Shown: positions 49,519 through 58,652 of the stretch, piece after piece
Numbering within the stretch: the stretch's first letter is position 1
Layout: every line of letters starts with the position of its first letter
DNA from: a virus
Virus genome (UHGV): UHGV-1376660
DNA length: 64,000 bases
Strand: one strand, 5' to 3'
Position numbers and translations under genes: made by a program
Notes under the pieces: model-generated
What the model was told of the DNA's origin: nothing
What the model saw: the letters and a program-made list of their open reading frames with translations, nothing else
The model's database searches: none

Positions 49519-49830
49519 TCAGGCTGTCGCCAGGAAAGAGGCACGCTGGATTTCTTGCTGGGCGACTTTGTTCGCCTCCAGTAACGCCTGTTCCAGCTCT
49601 CCTTCCGGCCAGATAATCTGTTTTGCCATCCACCCTTTCCCACTCTGGCGACGCACACTCATCACGTAACGCGCGCGGGAGCCATTGTCGAACGAGGCAA
49701 TTGTCTCTTTAAACAGGCGAATGGCAGTACCGTTGGCGATGATATCGAGCAAAGTCAGTTGGCTCAGAACTGCTGGCTTCTCTTTACGTGGCTGTCCCGC
49801 GCTCAGTTTGGTAATCATCGCGTTTTTCAT
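49519..49830 (-). CDS. hypothetical early protein
   Basis: Start MKNAMITKL with Shine-Dalgarno GGAGA; promoter/operator motif at 49842-49885. Confidence 0.5.
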   Translation of the reverse strand: MKNAMITKLSAGQPRKEKPAVLSQLTLLDIIANGTAIRLFKETIASFDNGSRARYVMSVRRQSGKGWMAKQIIWPEGELEQALLEANKVAQQEIQRASFLATA

Positions 49831-49906
49831 AACTATCTCCGTAAACAACTTGTTTTCTTGTTGGTGTAAATAATACAGAGCTGAAAACGGGATAGAACCA
49901 ATCTAT

Positions 49907-50221
49907 TCAGGGTGTACTCCATGAATAGGTGACTTCACTATCATTGGCGATACATGGAAATGGCACTTCAAAAACCCAGCCTTCTTCATCCAACTTTTTG
50001 TACATAAGGAGATCTTGCTTCATCAGGTATTCATTAAAGTGATAGTTGTCTCCGTCAGTCCCTTTCTTGTGCCAGACAATTTCGTCTCCCTTCAACTGAA
50101 CAAGCGCAACGATATCTTCCTCAACCTCCGGCGCTGGCTGGCGGTCTTCCATATCGCGAATGACGAAACAGATTAAGAAACAGTCCCCGGTGTCAGGGTT
50201 GCTGGTGGTGTAGTAGTGCAT
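49907..50221 (-). CDS. hypothetical early protein
   Basis: 104-aa ORF. Confidence 0.45.
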   Translation of the reverse strand: MHYYTTSNPDTGDCFLICFVIRDMEDRQPAPEVEEDIVALVQLKGDEIVWHKKGTDGDNYHFNEYLMKQDLLMYKKLDEEGWVFEVPFPCIANDSEVTYSWSTP

Positions 50222-50316
50222 TTGATTCTCCAGTTTTTAGTTTGGCCTCCAGTCTATTCGTCGTCGCATTTGGACAGGTCAAGTTTTTTTTGGCCACCGT
50301 GCTGGTGGCCCCACTC

Positions 50317-50535
50317 TTAATCTTCGTCGTCCGGGAACTCGATGTGTACCGCGTCCACCAGCTCCCGCTGTTCATCTTCACTGAGCAGATGCCAGATATC
50401 CTTCCCTTTGGGTGATTCCCCTTCAGCCGGGACGAAAGACCACAACTTGCGGTACAACTGCGGCCCCACAGCATCCAGACACTCAGCCAGGGAATCCACG
50501 CTCCACACCTCAACCATCACAGGCATCTTAATCAT
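50317..50535 (-). CDS. hypothetical early protein
   Basis: Start MIKMPV after Shine-Dalgarno GAGGGTGGAGA. Confidence 0.4.
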   Translation of the reverse strand: MIKMPVMVEVWSVDSLAECLDAVGPQLYRKLWSFVPAEGESPKGKDIWHLLSEDEQRELVDAVHIEFPDDED

Positions 50536-50545
50536 CTCTCCACCC

Positions 50546-50773
50546 TCACTTCGTTTCTGACGTTGTGCAGTTCCACGCGACGGACATTGGGTTGTCCTCG
50601 ATATGGAAATCAAACGTCCCTTCTCTGTATCCTTCAGAGATGAGCGTCGCCACGCGACCAGCTACATCCTGGGAACGGATAACGTCATCGAGGGAGATCT
50701 CACACTCGGGGGACTCTTCCTCGCCACAGAGGGTGATGCTGATATTCAGATGCTTGTACATGTGTTTCTCCAT
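50546..50773 (-). CDS. hypothetical early protein
   Basis: 75 aa; promoter/operator motif at 50776-50811. Confidence 0.45.
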   Translation of the reverse strand: MEKHMYKHLNISITLCGEEESPECEISLDDVIRSQDVAGRVATLISEGYREGTFDFHIEDNPMSVAWNCTTSETK

Positions 50774-50903
50774 TGTCTAAACATGTTGTTTTCTTGTTGG
50801 TGTTATTATCGCAATAAGAAAACGGGGAAAAAGAATTCCTTAAAGGCTGATGTGCTTGTGCCGATTTATTGCTATGTATGTATCTGGCTAACTCAGAGGG
50901 AAT

Positions 50904-51149
50904 GTGATGAGCACTAAAGACTACACAGACGGGTACTTCAGCATCGACGCCGAGAGAGGCGAGTTGCTACATGGCGGCATCGCTGTCGGACGCGTCATTT
51001 TGGTTAACGGTCAGATTTACACAGAGCTGGACGATACCAGTTCAAACGCACCTGTCGTCTCCGGCCCCTTCGGGACAAGAGAAGAGGCGCTCGATGATTT
51101 GTGGGACAACAGGGACGATGCGAATCAGGGCAGTGAGATTTTCGAATAA
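50904..51149 (+). CDS. small acidic protein on the opposite strand (possible regulator)
   Basis: 81-aa ORF with Shine-Dalgarno GAGGGAATGTG, divergent from the 50773 gene. Confidence 0.45.
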   Translation: MMSTKDYTDGYFSIDAERGELLHGGIAVGRVILVNGQIYTELDDTSSNAPVVSGPFGTREEALDDLWDNRDDANQGSEIFE

Positions 51150-51179
51150 ACGTCCTCGGCGATTTCACCACCAAAACCC

Positions 51180-52400
51180 GTAACCCTTTATACTAGATCT
51201 GGCTTCCCGATATGAGCGTGCGAAGCTGATCTGGTCTCAACGCTCAACTGCGGGATTCACCAATTCCCGCACTCTTAAGGTGAATGAGGAAAAGGCATAC
51301 TCCCGCAGCCGTCCCTCGCTCTGTACCGGGATGTACCCGTTTCCCGACCGGCAGCCAGCCTTTTCCCGGTTCGTATAGCGGGATTCCCACCATTTCCCTG
51401 AAAACCTCCAGCCTTTTCCCTGCGGCGACGCTCCCGTTTCTGAAAAGGGACATGGCCTTTCCCCTGGATGGCCCGAAGGCTGACCGAAGGGGTGGATAGG
51501 GACGTTACGGGGGATGAAAACGATGGCTTGAATTTCTACGGAGAAAGTAGCGATACCCCTCTTCCCATTCCCACTTATACCTCCAGTTAAATCTCTACGT
51601 ATTTTCTCTCCTATGAACGTGCAAACCTTCCCCCTGATAACGCTCTATACGGCGAGTATTCCTTTGGGTGAAATGGGTGGTTTGTTCTCTCTACCGGCGT
51701 ATGTGGTTTCGTTGTTCTTGAGGCGGTTTTTCTCTGTGTTTTCGTCTGGGTTGTTCTCGTCGTTTTGGTGAGTGTTCTTCTCCGTGTATGGAGTAATGGC
51801 AGGTGCGCTTTTCTCTTCGTTTACGTGAAATGATGGAAGTGTGGGTAATGGCAGTAGGGCGCTTTAGTTGTTCTCCGCATATGAAGTAATGGCGTTCCCT
51901 GCTATTCAGGAATTTGCGCTCCCTTTCGGGGTAATGGTGGGTAAACGAGATTGCGACGGTTCCTGTTCTGGTCTGGGTTTGTCCGGGGTTTCGTTCTGGC
52001 TGTTCTTCTCCGTGTATTGGGTAATGGCGTGTAGGGGTTTGCGTGCGCGAGCTGCGTTCTCGGTTGCCTGGGGAGATTAGGTGGGTGGTCTGTAGCCTGG
52101 GGCAAAGAGGTGGGTCTTTTCGGTAGCCTGACAGGAAGAGGTGGGTGTTTCCGGGATTGTGGGTAATGGCGTCTCTGGTTTTCCTGTGGGTGTGGTTAAC
52201 TTGTTTTCTTGTGCCTGAAAACAACTTGTTTAGATGTCCAATATAACGCAACGGGAGCGCTTCTGAGCGTGTCTGTTTTTGGGTGGTATCACGAGTCGTT
52301 TTTGACGTTTTGGTCGCAGGGAGATGGATTCTGGTGCGCAGGATTTTGGGTATAAGAGATGGCGTGCGAAAACATCAACTTTTAGACCAAATCAGGGGAA
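51180..52400. repeat. 1.2-kb repeat-dense non-coding region: GTTTCCC-type repeats (51290-51480), six G(G/A)GTAATGG(C/T) repeats (51791-52170), three tandem ~31-bp AGGTGGGT..GTAGCCTG units (52078-52170); iteron-like
   Basis: Repeats read from the sequence; the only ORF (51691..52251) is Arg-rich low-complexity and probably an artefact. Confidence 0.65.
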
Positions 52401-52581
52401 AGCGTTGACTTTACGTTGATGTGTTATTTATTTGTTTTCTTATGGGTGTAATTGGCTTAAATACCTTGTCACGCCTGGGCTGGAGTGGGCTGGAGTGGTG
52501 GGGGAAGTGGCGATCAACGGACTCTTATAGAAATCCTCAATTTGTGACCGCCAACGTCAACGGATTGCGCCTAATCCCTAT

Positions 52582-53784
52582 CTACTGGAAGTCGATGGAA
52601 TCGCTTTCTATCATGCGATTTATCTCGGCCATTCTTTTCTCACTTTCTAAGTGCTTTGTAACGTACAAATCAGGCTGTAGTGGGGGAAGAGGTACAGGTA
52701 ACACAAGGCTATGTTTCACATAAGTATCTCTCATAGACTGCTCTACCTGCCATCCGTCAATTTCTTGGTAGTTAATCGGCCAGTTGTCCTGAAGTGCTTT
52801 GGTTGTATTGGCAATTGAAAACTTGAAGTAAGGGTTCAAGCCCATGAAGTTGCCGGCAAGCATGTCATCTACCTGTCGCACATTGGCAATGGCCGCAAAC
52901 TTTGCAATGGCCAGATCAATATCCCAGCCTGAAACGAACAACAATAAGGCGGAAAATGCGAGTAGTTTTTCCTCACCATCAGCTCTGTCTTTTACCGATT
53001 TGTTTTGGAATTCAATGTAGTTATTGATAATAAATGCGTTCAACTGGAGGGTCTTTGCGTATTCTTCTCTCAATAACTCAGGATCTAACAGTGTGGGATT
53101 TTGCGTTTTATGGACAAAACTTCGCAGTTCTACGATGTTTTTGCGGTGGATATTTAGCCTATCCAAGCACTCCAAAGTAGGCTGATGTAGTCTAACGGTC
53201 TCTCTCAAAATCGCCTTTGCCCAATCGAAGCCAGGCACGATAGCCTGCATAGGATGGAACGGCAAAATGGTATCTCTGTGCCACGCATATGGGTAAGCAG
53301 GCAACTCAATAATATAGGCCAACCAATCGATCTGCTCATGGCTCAATGTGATTTCGAATGTCGATTCGCGACGTTTGGCAAAAAACCACTGCCGCATATT
53401 TCGCATAGCTTCTTGTGTGAAGACATTTTCCTGAATGCCCGCACATACCATTTTTCTGATCACATGCGTAATTCTCGTGCGATCAGTGGTGAATCGCACT
53501 AGGTGCTGCCTGACCTCGTTCGAAAGTCGATCATCATAAAAATCGCAGGATGGATGGTGTGCGCTAACACCACTTCCCCCAATAAACCGGAAATGAGCTT
53601 TTTTGCGATAGTTGCCGACTCCTGAAGCTCGTACATAGGAACCGCCACCAGCCTCGCAAATAGGACAAACGACGTCTTCACGCGCAAAAGCATGTACGGT
53701 GTTATTATCCAACCCCAACAGGGCCATGTATTGCTCTGGGTCGACTTCTTTTTGTAAGGCTTTTGAGTATGCTGTATCAGTCAC
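52582..53784 (-). CDS. 400-aa protein with N-terminal Cys cluster (CPICEAGGG...HHPSC), unknown; candidate Rep-like initiator by position
   Basis: Large ORF abutting the iteron-like region; 3' half AT-rich. Confidence 0.5.
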   Translation of the reverse strand: MTDTAYSKALQKEVDPEQYMALLGLDNNTVHAFAREDVVCPICEAGGGSYVRASGVGNYRKKAHFRFIGGSGVSAHHPSCDFYDDRLSNEVRQHLVRFTTDRTRITHVIRKMVCAGIQENVFTQEAMRNMRQWFFAKRRESTFEITLSHEQIDWLAYIIELPAYPYAWHRDTILPFHPMQAIVPGFDWAKAILRETVRLHQPTLECLDRLNIHRKNIVELRSFVHKTQNPTLLDPELLREEYAKTLQLNAFIINNYIEFQNKSVKDRADGEEKLLAFSALLLFVSGWDIDLAIAKFAAIANVRQVDDMLAGNFMGLNPYFKFSIANTTKALQDNWPINYQEIDGWQVEQSMRDTYVKHSLVLPVPLPPLQPDLYVTKHLESEKRMAEINRMIESDSIDFQ

Positions 53785-53823
53785 TTGCGGTTCCTTGTAA
53801 GCGATGCTTCGTATGGTTAACTG

Positions 53824-54009
53824 TCAATTAATTATTCCCCAAGACACAGCGTACACTTTCTCACGAACCTCTGTATCACTCCACCCCCACACTTTCGCCA
53901 GCCTATTTACATCGTCTGGCAAACTATAGAAAACCGTTGCTATTAGCAGCTCGTCTGGGGTCTTACCTAAATCCACCAACACATCATTAACCACGTCTTC
54001 AACCGTCAT
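53824..54009 (-). CDS. small hypothetical protein
   Basis: 61-aa ORF. Confidence 0.35.
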   Translation of the reverse strand: MTVEDVVNDVLVDLGKTPDELLIATVFYSLPDDVNRLAKVWGWSDTEVREKVYAVSWGIIN

Positions 54010-54018
54010 AGCTTTTTC

Positions 54019-54339
54019 TTACCAGTCCCAGGCTGGCAGGCCTTCCACCAGCTCGGCGTCGCAATCGAATTGCACCGCGTCAAAGCCAGCATCCAGTACC
54101 TTTTGAATGTTCTCGATGGTTTGCCATGTGACACCGTAATCACGCAGCTCTTCTTTCCAGTCGTTACCCCGCATACCTGCGCGGACAATCCATCCGTACT
54201 TCGTGCCGTGTACCCAATTCAGGCCGCGATCGGTTAGCGGGTCGAAACAGATATTAGGCAGACAGTCAGAGTCATGCTGTGTAATGTGGGCAGTGCTGAT
54301 CACCGCTGTCTTATACGATTCGGTTAGTTTCAGCATCAT
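54019..54339 (-). CDS. hypothetical early protein
   Basis: 106-aa ORF coupled to the upstream gene. Confidence 0.45.
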   Translation of the reverse strand: MMLKLTESYKTAVISTAHITQHDSDCLPNICFDPLTDRGLNWVHGTKYGWIVRAGMRGNDWKEELRDYGVTWQTIENIQKVLDAGFDAVQFDCDAELVEGLPAWDW

Positions 54340-54590
54340 GCCTTCTCCTTCGGAAACAGAGTGTCGGCCGTGTCAGAGATGACGTCCCAATTCACGCCGA
54401 CGTTGGCGTCATGGCACTCTTTGATTTTTCGCATAACCTGAACGCACTGTTCGTCAGTCAGGTCTGGTCGCACTTCACCTACATCTTCCTTGTGCCACAT
54501 CACCATCAGCAGCGGCTCGTCTTCTGGGTAGTTCTCCAGCTTTTCGATGATGTCTTTTGCGGTTCCGAGCATGATTAACCCCTTAAACAA
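54336..54590 (-). CDS. hypothetical early protein
   Basis: 84 aa; promoter/operator motif at 54583-54620. Confidence 0.45.
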   Translation of the reverse strand: MFKGLIMLGTAKDIIEKLENYPEDEPLLMVMWHKEDVGEVRPDLTDEQCVQVMRKIKECHDANVGVNWDVISDTADTLFPKEKA

Positions 54591-54657
54591 TTTGTTTTCT
54601 TGTTGGTGTTATTATCTCAAATAACAAAAGGCAGAAAACAAGATGTTTAAGGGATGA

Positions 54658-54939
54658 TTAGGTGAGTTTGAAGTCGTCTATGTCATCAACAAACTCCATA
54701 TACCTGGCTTCGACACTCGACAATCTGATCAGATACGCAAGCCCGTAACTAAGTGAAGTGGGTTGCTCCAGCACAAATTCGAACCCATCATCATGCGTTT
54801 TGCCAAGCCAGAATCCCCCACCGTATTCTTTTTCACGTTGGAAGAAAACGAACTGTCCTGGTATCAGGTGTTTGAGTGCTTCGCCTCTATAGACGATCTC
54901 ATATTTGGAATTCTTGCTGCCCATTTTCCCGCCCCACAA
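54658..54939 (-). CDS. hypothetical early protein
   Basis: 93-aa ORF. Confidence 0.45.
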   Translation of the reverse strand: MWGGKMGSKNSKYEIVYRGEALKHLIPGQFVFFQREKEYGGGFWLGKTHDDGFEFVLEQPTSLSYGLAYLIRLSSVEARYMEFVDDIDDFKLT

Positions 54940-55112
54940 TACTGTATAAATAAACAGTAGTGCTTATTGCAGTACCGGTCAACTTTGCGGGTTAAGGGAA
55001 TAACAAGGTGGTGAAAACAATTTGTTTCGGCACTTGAGATTTTGCAAATCGCACATACATGGAAAACGGCAATTTTTGAAACCTGATTTGACCCAAGTGA
55101 AAGGAGGAAACG

Positions 55113-55316
55113 ATGAAGACCTATGATCGCAACCGTAACGCTATCACTACCGGCAGCCGAGTGATGGTGGCAACGAATGGTGCAACGGGAGTCATCAAGG
55201 AAATCAGCGGAGAAGGCAAATCAGAAGAACAATTACGCCGTTCTGACTGCGTGTCTATCGAAGGTGTGGAAGGTCTGTTCTGCCCAATGGATTTAGTTCG
55301 CCTGGGGTTCCATTAA
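55113..55316 (+). CDS. small plus-strand protein (67 aa)
   Basis: Strong Shine-Dalgarno AAAGGAGG; followed by the terminator at 55346-55368. Confidence 0.5.
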   Translation: MKTYDRNRNAITTGSRVMVATNGATGVIKEISGEGKSEEQLRRSDCVSIEGVEGLFCPMDLVRLGFH

Positions 55317-55345
55317 TTTCACCACCTATAAAACAAATTGTTTAA

Positions 55346-55368
55346 GGCCACAACCAGTGGCCTTTTTG
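55346..55368 (+). terminator. rho-independent terminator GGCCAC-AACCA-GTGGCC then TTTTT
   Basis: Hairpin plus T-run. Confidence 0.6.
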
Positions 55369-55376
55369 ATTTCTGC

Positions 55377-55664
55377 TTAGTGGCTTCTGAATCCATTACA
55401 ACCGCGAAGAAACTCAACGATATAGCGCTTCATCTTCTCTGGTTCGTCTCCCGACCATCCATCTGGTGGTGTCCACGCTTCGACAATATCAGCCATCTTT
55501 TTCGCTTTGGCTGGCGTCACATTTAGAGGGTCGTTGGTGTGCTGCTGGTTAACCAGGCTCTCCATGCCCGGAATGTCCAGTATCGTAAACCAGGTTCCGT
55601 TAGCAAGATCAAGACCAGGGATACGCTGTCCACTACGTCGTTTGTCTACAAGAGAAACCGTCAT
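55377..55664 (-). CDS. hypothetical early protein
   Basis: 95-aa ORF. Confidence 0.45.
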   Translation of the reverse strand: MTVSLVDKRRSGQRIPGLDLANGTWFTILDIPGMESLVNQQHTNDPLNVTPAKAKKMADIVEAWTPPDGWSGDEPEKMKRYIVEFLRGCNGFRSH

Positions 55665-55972
55665 CTCAAGTCCTCAGTACGCAAATTTGCAGGTAAAGTG
55701 ATTGCCACACTCGGGGCTGGGGCTTCTTCGGCGCTGGTTTTGGTCTCCAGTTCGGATACACGCTTGCGCAGCGCCTCGATTTCAGCAGCCATGTAGTAAC
55801 CGACCATAGCGAAGACAGCGAAAGAGTTGTCCGCCTCATCCGGAGACACGGAAGCCATCAGCAGACCATCGTGCATGTTCTGGCTGCCGTCAGTAATGGA
55901 GACCGCATACGAATCACTGGTTTCACGTTTATACAGTACGACGACCGGGTTCTTGATTTTCTCTCTCATCAC
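55661..55972 (-). CDS. hypothetical early protein
   Basis: 103-aa ORF coupled to the downstream gene. Confidence 0.45.
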   Translation of the reverse strand: MMREKIKNPVVVLYKRETSDSYAVSITDGSQNMHDGLLMASVSPDEADNSFAVFAMVGYYMAAEIEALRKRVSELETKTSAEEAPAPSVAITLPANLRTEDLR

Positions 55973-55980
55973 GATGCCTC

Positions 55981-56523
55981 TTACTTATTACCTAATTTGT
56001 CCAACTCTTTCAGCCCATCACGTACCGCGTTCACGATACGCTCCAGGTATTGGTATTTGGGGTTTGGCACCGTTGGCCAACCGGCATACCACGGATCGTC
56101 GCCAAACAGACTCAACAGTTCGTTACCGACACCGAAACAGCAGCAACTTTCTTTTACGTCATCAGCGTTTTCTGCCTCGTCCCACATATTGCGGGCCTGT
56201 TCTGCGTCGATTTCTCTCCCCCTGCGCAACTTTATGATTTCGGATTTGACGAAAAGCAGGTTTGCGTCGTTGTCATCGTCGACCGTACTCAGCAGTTGAG
56301 GGTCGAGGCAACCAATCAAATAATCGTTGCTCACTCTCTTAATAAACGTCTGCACATCGTCACCGCCCATCGCAAACCAGGCAGCAGTCCACGCTTTCCC
56401 ATAGCAGGTGATGGTGACTCTTCCCTTGCCCGGCTCGTAGTTTTCAATCATTACGCGTACCGGGTCGAGACGCTCCAGATGAGTCAGCACAAAGGAAAGA
56501 ACATCTAATTTTTCGACCTTCAT
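55981..56523 (-). CDS. hypothetical early protein
   Basis: Start MKVEKLD overlapping the upstream stop (ATGA). Confidence 0.45.
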   Translation of the reverse strand: MKVEKLDVLSFVLTHLERLDPVRVMIENYEPGKGRVTITCYGKAWTAAWFAMGGDDVQTFIKRVSNDYLIGCLDPQLLSTVDDDNDANLLFVKSEIIKLRRGREIDAEQARNMWDEAENADDVKESCCCFGVGNELLSLFGDDPWYAGWPTVPNPKYQYLERIVNAVRDGLKELDKLGNK

Positions 56524-57161
56524 GCGACCTCCCACGCGTTCCAGATCAGCGCTTTGTGTTTTTCATAACGTTTGGTGTGTACCGGTTGCAGACTGGCAAT
56601 GCCTTTCGTCACCATAGCCCGGGCGTGTATCAGCAACGAATGCTCTATGCCTTTTTTCTCCAGGTACTCGACAACACCGGCATCGGCACCAATCTCCTTG
56701 CCGTCAAATAGTACGGCCAGCATCAGCTCTTTCTCTGCGAGGTAGATGGCTGAGAACTCAGGATCGCAACTCACGATAGAAGAGGTGTTGTCCAGCAGGT
56801 CAGCCAGCTTGATCATGCGCGTCTGCATGTCGAGGCTTTGCTCCAGCTCCCGGACGTTGATGATGAAGCGCTGTATTCGATTGCCGTCTTCTGGTCTGGC
56901 AATGTTGGTCAGAGCCAGAACCATTTCGGCTACGTGCTCACCGAAGTGCTCACGAACCATCTCTATGGTGACATGGGTATCTTCGACCACATCATGCAGC
57001 AGCGCCGCGATCTGCATCTCCACGGTTCCACCATGCCAGGCAACAATCTCGCGAACAGCAACCGGGTGGTTGATGTAGTCTTCACCGGTATATTTTCTTT
57101 TCTGGCCAACGCCGCCATGAGCGCCAGCGGCAAACATATGGGCTTTGGAAATACGGGACAT
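56520..57161 (-). CDS. HD-domain (p)ppGpp/alarmone hydrolase (RelA/SpoT hydrolase-domain, small alarmone hydrolase-like)
   Basis: AH..G.GQKRKYTGEDYINHPVAV...IAALLHDVVEDT matches the RelA/SpoT HD hydrolase signature; start MSRISK with Shine-Dalgarno. Confidence 0.7.
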   Translation of the reverse strand: MSRISKAHMFAAGAHGGVGQKRKYTGEDYINHPVAVREIVAWHGGTVEMQIAALLHDVVEDTHVTIEMVREHFGEHVAEMVLALTNIARPEDGNRIQRFIINVRELEQSLDMQTRMIKLADLLDNTSSIVSCDPEFSAIYLAEKELMLAVLFDGKEIGADAGVVEYLEKKGIEHSLLIHARAMVTKGIASLQPVHTKRYEKHKALIWNAWEVA

Positions 57162-57252
57162 TCTTAACTCCGTTGTTTTCTGGATGCAGTTATTTTCGCA
57201 GATAAGAAAAGGTAGAAAACAAATTGTTAAAGGCCACAATAGTGGCCTTCAT

Positions 57253-57624
57253 TTACTCAGCGATAAGCGATCCAATCATCGCCTGTAGCTCTCGTTCTTT
57301 TTCTTTGGCTACGCGGAGTAATTCGGCATCTACATGACGTTGCAGCTTATCCATTACGCGGAACGACGGACGGCGCATGACGCTCTCGTCGATGGCTTTG
57401 GTATTCAAGCTAATAAGATGCCCGAAGTGGTTGAAGCCAGCCCCGACGAACACTTCATATAGCTGGGCATCGCGCTCAAACAGAGCGATCCCATTTCGCA
57501 CCTCAAGCAGCGTTCCTTCCTCAATAAGCGTATCCAGCGCCTTATCCCAGACCGGACAAAAGCGATAATTGAAACCTTCCAGTAATGCTGTAAAAAACAG
57601 CGAAACGGCATTACCCAACTTCAT
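57253..57624 (-). CDS. hypothetical early protein
   Basis: 123-aa ORF. Confidence 0.45.
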   Translation of the reverse strand: MKLGNAVSLFFTALLEGFNYRFCPVWDKALDTLIEEGTLLEVRNGIALFERDAQLYEVFVGAGFNHFGHLISLNTKAIDESVMRRPSFRVMDKLQRHVDAELLRVAKEKERELQAMIGSLIAE

Positions 57625-57626
57625 AG

Positions 57627-57983
57627 TTACTCTTCCTTACTCCTTGCTCTGTTAGCCTGCACTTCCTTAGCCAGCTCGTAGGTAATTTTGCACGGCACAA
57701 TCATCGCCCAGCCTTTTTCGTGGCTGTTAATCACCTGCTGAACATGGCCGTCTGTAATGGGCAGATCCGGCAACTGTTTAAAAACTTCCATCTGCTCATG
57801 GATATGCAGAAACCACCTTGCCAACTCCATCTGCTCGCCACGGGTGAGGGGATTATCCAGCGGAGACTTAACAAAAGCGGAGACTCGCTCGACAAGCAGA
57901 TCATTCATGCCGCGCACCTCTCTGCTTTCTCCTGCAATTCGCGAACGTACTCGACCAAAGAGCCACCTGGAGGGATCTGGCAT
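57627..57983 (-). CDS. hypothetical early protein
   Basis: 118-aa ORF; may start at the internal MNDLLVERV to avoid overlapping the next gene. Confidence 0.4.
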   Translation of the reverse strand: MPDPSRWLFGRVRSRIAGESREVRGMNDLLVERVSAFVKSPLDNPLTRGEQMELARWFLHIHEQMEVFKQLPDLPITDGHVQQVINSHEKGWAMIVPCKITYELAKEVQANRARSKEE

Positions 57984-58594
57984 TCCTCAACCAACTGGAA
58001 GTAGATGTCTGCGGCCGCGCGTGTGTTCGAGCCTTTATTCAGCTGTTCTTCGCGCAGCGCATCACGTTCGTTGATCAAACGGACGCACTCGCCGTTACGC
58101 TGATCCACAACGGCCTCAAGTTCAGCGATGCGTTCGCCTGGCGTCTTACCTTCTTTACGCTGGATGGTGACGGTAAACTCGCCCATTTCAGGAACGTTGT
58201 ACCCCAGCTCCAGGTAATTTCTGGCGCCGCTGCGGACGAACTCACCTGCGAACATGGTGGCGAACATCGCAGAGGCCATCTCTCCTTTGAAAAGCGACTC
58301 CAGATCTAACGGAGTGCCGGCAGCCAGAGCCTCTTTTGCTGTGTCCATTGCGCCCATGAACCGGTCAAACTCATTGGCGCGTTTCTCAAGGTCTCTCCAC
58401 TGCTGGCTCCAACGGCGTGCCAGATGTTCGATAAAAACCTGCGCCGATTCATCAAAGTTACCTTCGAACGTCACAAGCTCCTTGTCAATTTTGATGGTTC
58501 CGGCAGGCGTTCCTGCGTTCCCCTGTAGCACTAAATTAAATGGCAGCTTCGCCTGATTAACGCTGGCGAATGTAATTCTCGATTTTCCGCTCAT
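57905..58594 (-). CDS. hypothetical early protein
   Basis: 229-aa ORF behind palindromic motif copy 58631-58660. Confidence 0.5.
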   Translation of the reverse strand: MSGKSRITFASVNQAKLPFNLVLQGNAGTPAGTIKIDKELVTFEGNFDESAQVFIEHLARRWSQQWRDLEKRANEFDRFMGAMDTAKEALAAGTPLDLESLFKGEMASAMFATMFAGEFVRSGARNYLELGYNVPEMGEFTVTIQRKEGKTPGERIAELEAVVDQRNGECVRLINERDALREEQLNKGSNTRAAADIYFQLVEECQIPPGGSLVEYVRELQEKAERCAA

Positions 58595-58652
58595 GTGTTT
58601 ACCTCTGATAAAGTGGCTCTATTCTTACATAAATTAGGTAAGTATTTACCTA

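Noticed and set aside
51791-52170. Possible CRISPR array (repeated GTAATGGC units)
   Set aside because: Repeats are short (8-10 nt core), irregularly spaced (41-142 bp) and degenerate; no leader or cas genes; better explained as iterons or binding sites.
51691-52251. 186-aa Arg/Pro-rich ORF on the minus strand
   Set aside because: Lies entirely within the iteron-like repeat array; low-complexity composition generated by the repeats; no Shine-Dalgarno sequence; almost certainly not coding.
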